Shown here one piece after another: positions 1 through 12,600 of a stretch of 64,000 bases of DNA. The notes under the pieces are model-generated. The model did no database searches. It was not told the DNA's origin and was given only the letters and a program-made list of their open reading frames with translations. Position 1 is the stretch's first letter, and every line of letters begins with the position of its first letter. This stretch comes from Paragordius varius (Eukaryota > Animalia > Nematomorpha), in the NCBI GenBank assembly GCA_964247055.1, contig OZ176052.1, forward strand, positions 6,696,001 through 6,760,000, given 5' to 3'. Both the position numbers and the translations under genes were made by a program.

Positions 1-629
1 AATTCATATAAGCCTTTTTATATTTTTTTTAAAATTTGGCTGGCAGAACGAAAACCAAAAACATAAAGTATCATTTTTGAATTTTTCATCATGAAGAAAA
101 TATTTTTTCGCAAATTTAGTTGTTCAAAAGCCAAGTCAACCTTATTTAGTTCCCTTTCAAACTTTGAATGTTTTAGCCCCCAATATTTAAAATTATGTTG
201 AAAATACTTCTAGAATCCAGGTATCAATTTTTCAATATATTAATAAACTTTTTATCTTATATTTTAGTTGATAGAATCTACCCAGAAAATGATGGTGATT
301 GAATATTCAATCTGCATTTAATTATTTTTTGCATCTCATATTCTTCAATCTAATATAAGATCATCATGAACGCACACCGCATCGTATATCAATATTAGAA
401 ACAAATTACCTGTATTAATATCAATAAGAAGAATGCTAATTTTAAACATAATATTATGAATATTTTGTATAATTATACATTTGTAATTTAAATAAATTTA
501 TTTATATTTGGCGATATTCAGATACTTTAAAGGATGTTTTATATATCTTGATCTTATTTTCAATCTTTGGTGACATAAGGTGTTTATTAAAATATACATA
601 GTTGGATTTTGAAAATAAAATGTTAAATT

Positions 630-1690
630 TAAAACCGCAACATGCATTTTTACCTGTATGCTCAGATATGTTAACTATATTTAATATATTAGTCATCAAT
701 GTAAAACAAAAAAAAATAATTTTCCTAAAAATTTAAAAAACCATAAATTATAGTGATTTTAACCTGTATAGATTAATGTATCCAAAATATATAGTAATTA
801 ATAAATTAGCAAGGTTGAACAAAAAATTAAAAATTTTACTAATATATTAAAAACCGCAATTTTTACCTGTATTTATTAAAATGTCCAAAATATGTAGTAA
901 TTAATTACAATTAACAATGTCAAATAGAAAAACAAGAAAAAAAAAAATTTTAACTAAATTTATTAAAAACCGCAATTTTGACCTGTAATTATTAAAATGT
1001 CCAAAATATGAATTAATTACAATTAACAATGTTGAATAAAAAAAACAAAAAAAAAATTAAATTTTTACTAAATATATTAAAAACCGCAATTTTTACCTGT
1101 ATTTATTAAAATGTCCAAAATATGTAGTAATTAATTACAATTAACAATGCAAATCCTAAAAAACAAAAAATTTTTTTACTAAATTTATTAAAAAACGCAA
1201 TTTTTACCTGTATTTATTAAGATGTCCAAAATATGTAGTAATTACAATTAACAATGTTAAATAAAAAAACAAAAAAAATAAATTTGACTAAATTTATTAA
1301 AAACCGCAATTTTTACCTGATTAAAATGTCTGAATACTTAAAAATTGACAATGAAAAACATAAAAACAAAACTATCTAAAATCTACTTAAATTTTCACAA
1401 ATATATATTTACCTGTGTTTTTTAATTAGTAATAACAACTATATAAAATAATACCAATTTCGATTAATTGAGGTATTTATCATGTTGAAAAATATTAATT
1501 ATTAAATTTAATTATGAATTAACATAAATAATCTTAAAATACCCATTTTACTAATTATAAAAAGTTTAAAGATAAAAACCCAGAAAATTCCGCATCTAAA
1601 TACGTAACAACAATATTTCAAATGTTAACATAAATTGCTATAATCTCAAAATTTAACATTACAAAATATCCATCAAATTAAGCCTATGTT
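630..1690 (+). repeat. Tandem array of about 6 units of about 115 bp plus a unique arm; solo arm of the foldback family at 2683-4523
   Basis: Core AAAACCGCAATTTTTACCTGTATTTATTAAAATGTCCAAAATATGTAGTAATT recurs near 632, 850, 966, 1080, 1192 and 1300. Segment 1300-1680 matches 3965-4325 directly and 2875-3240 inverted. Confidence 0.85.
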
Positions 1691-2682
1691 AATTCTCACG
1701 TCAATCCTCTTTTATATGTGCACCACGAAATGATTTTGTTGATCAGTATTTTACGCATTTGATAAACCATTTATGTTATTTGACTGGCAATAAAATTACT
1801 TAACATACATTAAAATGCATACTCTATATGTTATATTATAACGTTTGGGTTTAATATATTGGTCATGTTTTTATCTTTAGGGAGAAAATGGTTAAATTGC
1901 TTTATACGTTTTTCGGAAGGCGCTTAAAAGCCACGATTTGTGAGTATTTGCATTTTTTACGATGGACGCTATTTTTCGTAAATTTAAAATAACTGCATTG
2001 CTTGGAAGGTCCTTCCGCCTTAAACTATCTTAGTTTGCCCATATCATATGTTGCTCTAAAAATAATCGTGATTATAAGCAAGAGTAGGAATACACGAAAA
2101 AGGGTCATGGAAAGACAAAGAGGAAGAAGTGCTTAAGTTAAAGTGACCAGATAGGCTGTTTTTCGCAGTACAGTACTGGGTTTTCGAAAAAAAACCGCGC
2201 CTGTACTGCGCTGACTTTTGTACTGCTTTTTGAAATAATTTTTTTTATAAATATGTTTTAATACCATTTATTTATACAAGTTTTGTATGTAGAATTCGAT
2301 AGAGTACCCTTAGTTAAAATAAATAAATGGTTTTTTTTACTGTAAAAAACTATGGTCTTTAATTTTAATATTTTATTTTCTGCTCTAATTATACATGGAG
2401 TTGGGTTTTGGACCGGTCAAATCGCTTATGAATGCAGCCATTCGCGAAGTGGCGGAACTATCAATATCAGACTCCAGATTTAGGCCAACCTTTCACTCAA
2501 GGCTTCCGCAAAAGCGACCTCAAAAATAAACAAAAAATAAATTAATATTTTAGTTATTTTATCTTTTGAAAATCATTTTGTTTCATATAAGTTTCAGCTA
2601 AAATTTGAGTTTACTTTAATTATAATTATCAAACAGAAAATTTTTATATTTCCACAACATATTATTTTTAAAATTCATTATA

Positions 2683-4523
2683 CAGTCATGTAGACTTTAT
2701 ATTGTTAAAGATTTACTTTTTTTCGTTTATTGGGTATTAATATTTGGTAAAGATATAAAAACAAGAGCAATATGGTATTACCATATCATATTCTTTAAAA
2801 AGTAAAAAATGAAGGGGAAGGGCGTCGGAAATCTTTAGTAAAAAAATGAAAATACACTAACTACTAACCCTTCACTTAAATTTGATGGATATTTTGTAAT
2901 GTTAAATTTTGAGAATATTATAGCAATTTATGTTAACATTTGAAATATTGTTGTTACGTATTTAGATGCGGAATTTTGTGGGTTTTTATCTTTAATAATT
3001 TTATAAATAGTAAAATGGGTATTTTATTATTTATGATTGATAATTAAATTCAATAATTACTATTTTTCAACATGATAAATACATGTATTAATCGATATTG
3101 GTATTATTTTATATAGTTGTTATTAATAATTAAAATACAGGTTATATATTTGTTAAAATTTAAGTAGATTTTGGATTGTTTTTGTTTTTATGTTATTCAT
3201 TGTCAATTTTTATGTATTGACATTTTAATCAGGTAAAAATTGCGGTTTTTAAATTTAGTCAAATTTAATTTTTTTTTGTTTTTTATTTAACATTGTTAAT
3301 TGTAATTAATTACATATTGTGATTTTAATAATTACAGGTGAAAATTGTGGTTTTTAATAAATTTAATAAAAATTAAGTTTTTGTTTTTTAGGATTTGCAT
3401 TGTTAATTGTAATTGATTTATTTGGTCATTTTAATAAATACAGGTAAAAATTGCGGTTTTTAACAAATTTCAAATTTATTTTTTTATTTTGTATCATTGT
3501 TAATTGTAATTAATTACTACATATTTTGGACATTTTAATAAATACAGGTGAAAATGGCAGTTTTTCAAATTTAACATTTTTTGTATCATTGTTATTTGTT
3601 ATTAATTAATAAATATTTTGGACATTTAAAAAACAGGTGAAAATTGCGGTTTTTAATAAATTAGTAGAATTTTTAATGTTTTGTTTAACCTCGCTAATTT
3701 ATTATGTACTATATATTTTTGATACACTGATATATACAGGTAAAAATTACTATCATTTGAATAAATTAGCAGTTGAACAAAACATTAAAAATTTATTAAT
3801 TTTATTAAAAACCGCAATTTTAACATGTTTTTTAAATGTCGAAAATATTTAATAATTAATAACAAATAACAATGATACAAAAAAAAATAAATTTGAAATT
3901 TGTTAAAAACCGCCATTTTTACCTGTATTTTTTAAAATTTACAAATATGTAGTAATTAATTACCCGCAATTTTTACCTGATTAAAATGTCAATACATAAA
4001 AATTGACAATGAATAACATAAAAAAACAATCCAAAATCTACTTAAATTTTAACAAATATTTAACCTGTATTTTAATTACTAATAACAACTATATAAAATA
4101 ATACCAATATCGATTTATACAGGTATTTATCATGTTGAAAAATTGTAATTATTGAATTTAATTATGAATCATAAATAATAAAATACCCATTTTACTATTT
4201 ATTAAATTATTAAAGATAAAAATCCACAAAATTCCGAATCTAAATACGTACAACAATATTTCAAATGTTAACATAAATTGCTATAATATTCTCAAAATTT
4301 AACATTACAAAATATCCATCAAATTTAAGTGAAGGGTTAGTAGTTAGTGTATTTTCATTTTTTTACTAAAGATTTCCGACGCCCTTCCCCTTCATTTTTT
4401 ACTTTTCTAAAGAATATGATATAGTAATACCATATTGCTCTTGTTTTTATATTCTTTACCAAATATTAATATGCAATTAACGAAAAAAAGTAAATCTTTA
4501 ACAATATAAAGTCTACATGACTG
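2683..4523. mobile_element. Foldback-type palindromic element with Tc1/mariner-like ends
   Basis: CAGTCATGTAGACTTTATATTGTTAAAGATTTAC ... GTAAATCTTTAACAATATAAAGTCTACATGACTG, flanked by TA on both sides (2681-2682, 4524-4525). The arms are inverted copies meeting near 3760-3775, with 115-bp tandem units inside. Confidence 0.9.
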
Positions 4524-4714
4524 TATTTGGTTTCGATATTACCTATTTTCTAGGAATAAAACAACTTTTTTATGTTTTGTGTGGGAGGTATGTTCCTTAA
4601 TTTTTTGCTTCCCTAAACTAACAAATTTATAGACATATTAATTTTGGCACACACACACATAATAATTTTTTTATTAATTCTTTTCATTTTAATTTTCATT
4701 TCCGTGACTTTATC

Positions 4715-4880
4715 TATAAACAAAATATGGACTACAGAAAAAACAACTCACAATAGATACCTTGAAAACAATTGTAATAGTCCAAAATACAGTAGAAAAT
4801 TGTCAAGCTTTTTTAGATAAAATTTCGCAAAACCATAAATTATTGGGACAAATACATAAATCTGAAAAACATATATAATT
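4715..4880 (+). pseudogene. hAT transposase C-terminal remnant
   Basis: Frameshifted WTTEK / QLTIDTLKTIVIVQNTVENCQAFLDKISQNHKLLGQIHKSEKHI* resembles the end of hAT transposases and parallels WTSEKSNL at about 61640. Confidence 0.6.
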
Positions 4881-5255
4881 TATTATTTTTAGATATTATT
4901 ACTATTATAAAAAAATAATTGTTTATTAATAGTTAACGTCATATACCATTGATTGGGTAGACTCAGAACTATTTGAATTATTTTTGAATTTTACACTGTA
5001 GCAAAGTCGGCATTTGAATAATTTTCTACCCATTCACCTATCTTTTTTTCATCAACGCTACCTGCTGTCATATAGTAATTTTTCTAAAAAGCTATGGAAC
5101 AGAACTTTCATAAGATCGTGTGTGAATGATTATATCTGCACGGCAACATCTTATAAAAACCAGTTATATTGTTTCTCTCTATTTTTATCATCATATATTG
5201 ATAATTATATTGTTTTTGACAATTAGCATTTTTTAAAACAAACATACCATTATAA

Positions 5256-5834
5256 TCTATATATTTATAAAAGTGGAAAGTAGTGGCTTGGTGATCTATT
5301 TCCGGGAAACCGGTAGATCCATTCAAATCCAAATGTCAAAAAAATATAATCATTATTGAATGCCCCGACAATTGCTTCGCCCTTTTTTTGAATTAGGCCC
5401 CCAGTTCGGGCCTAACCCGTGTAAAAAACGGTTTTTTTTGAAAACAGAAGTCCACAAAAATCGTGTCTGAGAGAATTTTCTGGAAAACGTGTTGGACCAT
5501 TCAATTTCAAATATGATTTTTGTTTACTTATTTTCGATTGCGCCGAACATAATCGGTTCGCTTTTTTAATTAAGGTCATCTTTTTACCCGCTCCTCCCGT
5601 AAAATGTCATTTTTCCAAAAAAAATCAAAAGTAATTGTTTGAATCTATTTTTAGCCCAAGTAAAAAATATATTAGTATGAATGCCCCGTTTTAAAATTCC
5701 TATGAAATCATAGCTAATAAATAATGTTTCGAAATAATCCACATATGTGGATCATTTTATTGTCCCTTTGTTCAAATAGCCCCCCCAGTCCGAAGGACTT
5801 CCTCGGGCTGCGTAGCAGCACGAGATTACGCTAG
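5256..5834 (+). mobile_element. Non-autonomous Helitron-like element
   Basis: Starts A|TCTATATATTTATAAAA. About the first 370 bp are shared with 45102-45460. Ends with hairpins AGTCC-GAA-GGACT and CTCGGGCTGC-GTA-GCAGCACGAG followed by CTAG (5831-5834). The base after CTAG is C rather than the usual T. Confidence 0.65.
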
Positions 5835-6503
5835 CATTATTATATATCCATATATATAACATATGATATATTTATATGTACATACATTTATATTAAATTT
5901 TTAATATATTTATTGTTGGATATTTTAATTGTTTCTAATGAGCTTATAAATAGTAACGAACAATATCATTTAATATAAAACACCGAAAATTCGGTTTAAA
6001 AATAGGCAAAGTATGTTTTAATTTTGTACTGCGCCAGGGTTATAAATATCTGGTCACATTAGCTTAAGTGTCGTAAAATAATAAAACTATGGCAAATAAT
6101 TTATATTTTACTGTTACATGCAAATTTGAAATATATACTTTGGTTGTATATCATAATTTTCTGTGAGATTTGAATTGTATTATTTTTATATTTTTTTGTA
6201 CTATGTAAAAATTATATCCTTTGTTACTCGAAATTTTATTGTTATAATGCAAATTATGTACACCTAAAATTAGCATATATAATGCACAAAAAAACCGAAT
6301 AATATTCATTTCACGTTTCTTATATAATCTTCTTCTTTTCAAATTAACATTTACAGATATTGCATTTATGTCAACCCTAGAAATATATCTTACAAAATTT
6401 TATTATCCAATTTATTTATACATATAGCAGTATTAAAAATAGAAACAATGAGTATTGCAATGACTAATGTAGTAAAAATTATCGACAATCGTTCTTATTC
6501 TGA

Positions 6504-6657
6504 TCACATAGTTGTTAATGTATTGCACTGATTGAATCCCTTGCAACGTTTTATAGTTTCCAGCTGTGTGTGCAAATCCAATAATTGCGGAAGTGAGAGG
6601 CTGGCTACTACATTGCTTAACTATATTAATATTGTCAGTTTAAAAATTCAAATCTAA

Positions 6658-6697
<40 letters not shown>

Positions 6698-9600
6698 TGG
6701 TCATGACCCGGTCATATGACCGGGTCATGATCAGGTCAGTGACTATTTATTTTTTGACCATGGTCATTTAAAAAACAGCTGTTTTTTAAAAAATTGCTGC
6801 TATTTTGCTTTTTAATATACTTTTTACAAAATAAAAATTAAATATTTAAATATGCTTATTTAACATTGTTAAACATGCATCCTTATAACATTAACATTTA
6901 GCATATCCAGTTATTTTGAAAACAATCAAGCATTTTGCAATGCGATTATTCTATATGTATATGAACCAATAAAATGTAAAAATTTATAATTGGATATTTC
7001 AATGATGAAAGAAAGTATAAAACAAACTAGTTACAATTTTATCTGAAATATCCAGTATTAAAAGCTATGAATTTGAAGATTCAGAAGGCCACAAGAATCT
7101 GGCAAATTTATTTAAAAAAAATTCTTGATTAAATTTGATTGAAAATAATGTAAATATAAAAAATGTATTATATTAACTTTTAAGAAAAAACAATGACATT
7201 ATTAGTGAAACCCAAGTGTTGTTCGAACATTATTTTCACACTCCAATATCGCATGGTATTTACTTAGGTAAAGTGGTCATGACCATGGTCTGACCGGACT
7301 TTTTGAAAAAGCAGTCAAACAACCCTATATATGAAAATTTAATCGCTAAAATTAGTATCTAACAAATTTTAAAAATTAAATTCGATTTCCAAATAAATTG
7401 ATTTTTATAAATTATAATACTTGGTATGGGTCAGATTTCATATTATAGTAACTTATGAAACCGGTGATGAATTCGCAATATAAGAAATTATGTGTGCTAT
7501 TGATTGTCCTTAAACATGAAAATGATTGATTATTTGCATTTTGACAGAAACAGAAGGGGCCCACTATATGAATACAGTTAGAAATACAGTAACGAGCACC
7601 CTTTATAGGTCATATCTGTATTTTTAATGACTAAAAGGGTATTTAATTTACATTTCGGTAATATGAAATTTTTCGTTTTTATTAGTTACATTTTTTGTGG
7701 AGAAAAAATACAGTGTTCAATTAAAAATGTAAGCAATGTGAAAAATCTAAAATACGGCAACAGACATGTAAATTAAACACCCTTTTAGCTATTTAAAATA
7801 CAGATTTGGTTAATAGTGCCTATTATTGAATTATGTATATGTGTCTTTTAATTTATATTTAAACTTATAATAATATCAAAATATGGAATATCAACAATGC
7901 AACCATTTTCATTTTAATATTATTTTTTTACATTTCCACAAGGGTGGTGTTTTCCAATGATAATTGTCATGGTGGAAACAGTTCATCATTCGTTCATTGA
8001 AGCATTTATCCCGCCGTTCTTTGGGAGCTTTTCTTTTTCTGTGTCGCTTAATTCGCTTTAGGCTATTTTTTTGGCTGTGTTTATGCCATCTACCAAAAAC
8101 ATGTATGTTTCATAAAGTATTAAACACTGAAAAAGTAATAGCATACTTGATCGATCTCTCAAATATTTTAGGTTTTTTTAGCTCTAGAACATTTATATTA
8201 TTATTATCAATTTTTATCTGAAATCTTTCTTGTGGACATTCGCAGGGAGCATATTCGAGCCTTAGTTTGCCATTTTCAGATTGTCTTGTCTCATTTACCG
8301 AATGTTTTGGCCTGTTTAATAAAGAGTACTGCTGTTTCTTCAAAAACATTCGGATATTCTATTTGTATATCAAACCAATATAAAAAGGTTTAAATATAAT
8401 ATTTTAAACAAGAATACTATTATTTATTCATTTTCTACAAAGCAAAGGCCAAAGGGTGACCGACGTCGACCGCAAGTACTGGAGACTTTCAACATTATTT
8501 TTCATATAACAATTAATTATACTAGCTGAGCCCTGTCACGCATTGATGTGTCGTAGTCGATACGATCATTACTTAATTTATAATATATATTTCTGCAATA
8601 AACACATTGTCTTTAGAACACTTGTTTAGAGGCATATTTTACATGAAGTGAATTACGTAGAATTTAAGAAAAAGTTTGAGTATAATTTTGTCTGCACACG
8701 GAAAATACTTAAAATCCTTATTAAATTAATTTTGTCTCATAATTACGCAAAATTTAATTTAAAGCCACATTATTTTTATAGATGTCGCGTTAAACATTAG
8801 GCGGAACCCTAACTATAGGCTAATAAATAGAACGATTAACTAAAAATATTTTCTTGGTACCGAAAATACCTTAAACCATGATTATTATTATATGGCCTCA
8901 GCCCCATACTTATCCGGAAAGTTGCTTTAAAGCAAGTTAGTACTATATGGTCGCGTATTTCATTGAAGTAAAGCCCATTTTAATTTTAATTAATAAATAA
9001 CACTGGACAACAAATTTTTCTGCCACTCGAGTTTTTTGCACTTTCTAATATTTACCATCATTTTAACAGTAAATCTGAAATAAAAATTATAACTTCACCT
9101 AACTTTGTATAATTTGATTTTTTTGATTATGCGCCCTCTTTATCAAAATTTCTAAAAAATATTTTTCTTTGACAATATACAAGTAATGCCCATTTGTACT
9201 ATATCATTTGAAAGAGTAATAAAAACTCTATAAAATGCATACTAATATGTATTACATCGGCAGTTAATATTGGACACAAAGAGCGACAAACGCGCGAAGC
9301 GAGATCATTTTTTTTAATTATTATATTTTTAAAACTAATGGATGAAAATAGCTCAAACTTTGTCGTGATGAATGTCCAAAAAAGATAACATAAGAAAGTT
9401 CTTTTGATTAAAACATTTTTTTATTGCTTTTATGTCACTCAAAACAGCCATTTTTAAGTTTTTTATTTTTTAAAAATTACCATCTCATCAATATTAATTT
9501 ATTTTCATTACGAGGCTTATAATTTCAAAATTTTAAGACAAAAACAAAGTTTAAGGTATTTTCGATATTTTATAACCAATATGTAATAAAATTACAGTTA

Positions 9601-12600
9601 TAACTATTCATTTTAGTATCCACTAGGTAATATAATTATGATAAGAATAATTTCTATTAAAAAAGCACAAACTAATATAACCCTAATAAATATATTAAAA
9701 TAATTTATATGATTTTCATTAGTTTGTCTGTGAAAATTTCTGACCTATTTAAGGGTTAAAAATTTCGCCCATATAAACCCAAATAACTTTTACATCCGTT
9801 TGATTTAAATGACACACTACCATTTGAAAGATACTGTTTTTCCCGCTTTGAATGATTAATACGTGGCTTCTTATCTAAAACTCTTTAATTTTCAAAATTT
9901 CAAGTTTAATGTTAAGTCGGGGCCAAATATTATCAATAAACTCAAAAAATTCTTAGGTGTTGACCAATTTTCTTTTCAGATATATTAATTATGTACTTTA
10001 ATGAAATAATTTTTAAATTTACAAGAATGGCAGTTAAAAAAATCAAAATTTGTTGTCTAGTGCAATTATTTGTTATAATATAATGCTTTTATTTCACCTA
10101 TATACCCAAAAAACTATTACTTTAAGTTCTTTCAAGCAGGCCTTGTATGCTTGTATTTTGTCCCTGATTAGATCCTTATGCTTTTCCCATAGATATAAAT
10201 TTTGATAAGCGTCGTTTTCACATTCAACAGTAAAATTGGATAAGACTCGACATTTCTTAACATTTCGCTCTAAAAAATTTATAAAATTTAATTTTAGGGT
10301 GATTTCTTAACTTGATTAAAGATTTTAATACAAGTTCAATACTTCGTCTCTTCCCTTGACCATTGTTCTTTGGTTTACGAATACGCATCAAACTTTGTAA
10401 GCATCTCCTTTTATGTTTTTCAATCGGTAGTTTATTTGATTTTGACGACATTCGTTTCTCTGAGTTACTTTTATGTTTTGGAATCGAAATATTTGTCGTA
10501 TCAGCCTCTAAATCGGTATAAAAATTTGTATCTAAATTGTCCACCAAGCGTTTTGGCCTCATTTGGGTAGCAAAAGGCGGTGGAAAAGAATTGTATAAAT
10601 AATGATTATTATATTCTGGGGAATTAGGTGATATCCCAGGCAATCCAATATAATTGTAATTTGACCACTCATTAGAGAGTCGAGGATATTGATTTGTTTG
10701 CCCTTTGTTTCCTATGTATTTCACATAATCTAATTCGTTATCATTAAAATCATTATTATTATCCGTATATTTTGAGTGTTTATTATTTCTGGCTGGCATA
10801 TCGTGTATAAATGCATTAAAATCGTTATTTGAAGTTTCATCTGTATCTTCGTTGCTATGTTCCTGCATACGATGATACTTCATTGGAACTTTGTCCTTAA
10901 TTTTTGTGGGTAAACACAAACATTTTCCTCCAATATATTGACCATAATACCGACATTTATAAAGTTTCCACCTTTCATCTTCATATTTACAATACCATTT
11001 CTAAAAGATACAAAAAAATAGATAAATTAAGTATCTTTTTTCCTTAATTTTAAAAGGTGAAAACCTAAATTGTATTAGAGACCCATGAAGGTCTGAACAG
11101 CCCATAACAGTGATGATAGAAATTCTATCAGTTACGGAGTTTATCTCATACATAGCGCATGCAAACCCCTACCCCTTATGCGCCATTGTATATCAACGTT
11201 TAATTTTATAAATTCTATTTACAGTCAATAAAAGTTTAAACAAATATATTAATCAAATATATTATAAAACACCTGATTCTTTTTGCATGGCCTTAAATGT
11301 TGTTCCTTTTGACATTCTCGCCGCAACCATTCAATTTTTGACATTCTTCCATCTCGATTTATGTCGTCAATATGATTGGAATCACGATCCCATTCTTCAA
11401 CGTCATCTTTTTTATTATTGAAACCAGAGTTTGCCAGCGCGGCCAATTGTTCCTCCGTTATACGCTTCAATAATTTTTCAGTAATTTTCCCGCGCTCAAT
11501 CAGAAATGTGTCTCTCCAACCATCTTTGTCCTGATGTTCAGAGGTACTCCTTAATCGCTTATAAAAATGACGTGTTTTACAACATAATTATTTTCAACAA
11601 AGTAACTATTCAAATCATTTTGTTATTTAGGCAATATAATACAAAGATGTTGCAAAAATTCTATAATTTTATTTTTATTTGGTCGAATTTCCTATGATAT
11701 TAATTATAAATTTATATATACTTTTTTGTTAAAGGACGATCAATTAAACGTGGTATCAGACTTTTCCCATCCATAAAAGATTTCGCGGGTAATCCGGCCA
11801 TATCAATAATGGTAGGAGCTATATCTATATTAAGGGCTATATCGGACATTCTAAGTTTTAATAAAACATAACATAATAATTTATTTAAACAATATATGAT
11901 AAAAAATGATTGCATATAAAAATTTTAATTAATATTTAATCTCAATATTAAAAATCCAAGTATAATTTTTTACCTTACTCCTGGTTTGATCCCGGGCCCC
12001 TTCATAAAAAATGGAACTCTCACATCAAATTCATAGGGGAGAGATTTCCCTTTGATTAACCCATATTGTCCTAAATGGTAACCATGATCCGATGTATAAA
12101 TCCAAAATGTATTGCTAAGTTGACCCAAAATATCCAATTCATGATGCAGCTATTATAAAAAAGGGGTTTGTTGTATAACATTTCTTAATAATTTTTTGAA
12201 CTTATCCTGAAATTTGAATAATTTTCTTATGGCTAATTTTATTATCTATTAAATTTGCGGCGAAAAAAATTACTCTGAGAATGCTTTGATCTACTGATTG
12301 CAAAGTTTGCAATCTTTTTCGTTGTAACATATCAGTGAATGCTATATGTATAGGTTCCATTTTACCAGTCCGCTGTAATATCCACTCTTTATCTAAATTA
12401 GGTGCGTAATTCCATGATGCAGTTCTGAAAAATTATATATTTTTAATTTATATATTTATAGAACTATATAAGTAGTATCAAAACTTTAGATATTTTTAAA
12501 TAACATTTGAACTTAATTGACCTGTGCGTACTAACATTCTTAAAGAGCTGAGAAAATTGTGGTGCACTGTCCTCTGTTCCATGAGGTGCCGGCATCGATA

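Larger units (their letters stand above)
2139..6061 (+). mobile_element. hAT DNA transposon (Blackjack-like termini), decayed, carrying nested insertions
   Basis: TIRs TAAAGTGACCAGA (2139) and TCTGGTCACATTA (ends 6061). Perfect 8-bp TSD GCTTAAGT at 2131-2138 and 6062-6069. Subterminal GTACTGCGC motif at both ends. Transposase C-terminal remnant near 4720-4880. Confidence 0.9.

Noticed and set aside
165-420. Possible small plus-strand exons at 171-220, 269-295 and 360-420
   Set aside because: GT-AG-like sites exist, but no phase-consistent stop-free chain could be built and there is no recognisable homology.
630-1330. CRISPR-like appearance of regularly spaced conserved motifs
   Set aside because: The spacers are homologous to each other (whole 115-bp units repeat), the context is eukaryotic, and there are no cas genes.
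7964-8221. Plus-strand 85-aa ORF, and similar ORFs at 10370-10570, 41706-41951 and 46990-47229
   Set aside because: These are antisense shadows of real coding exons.
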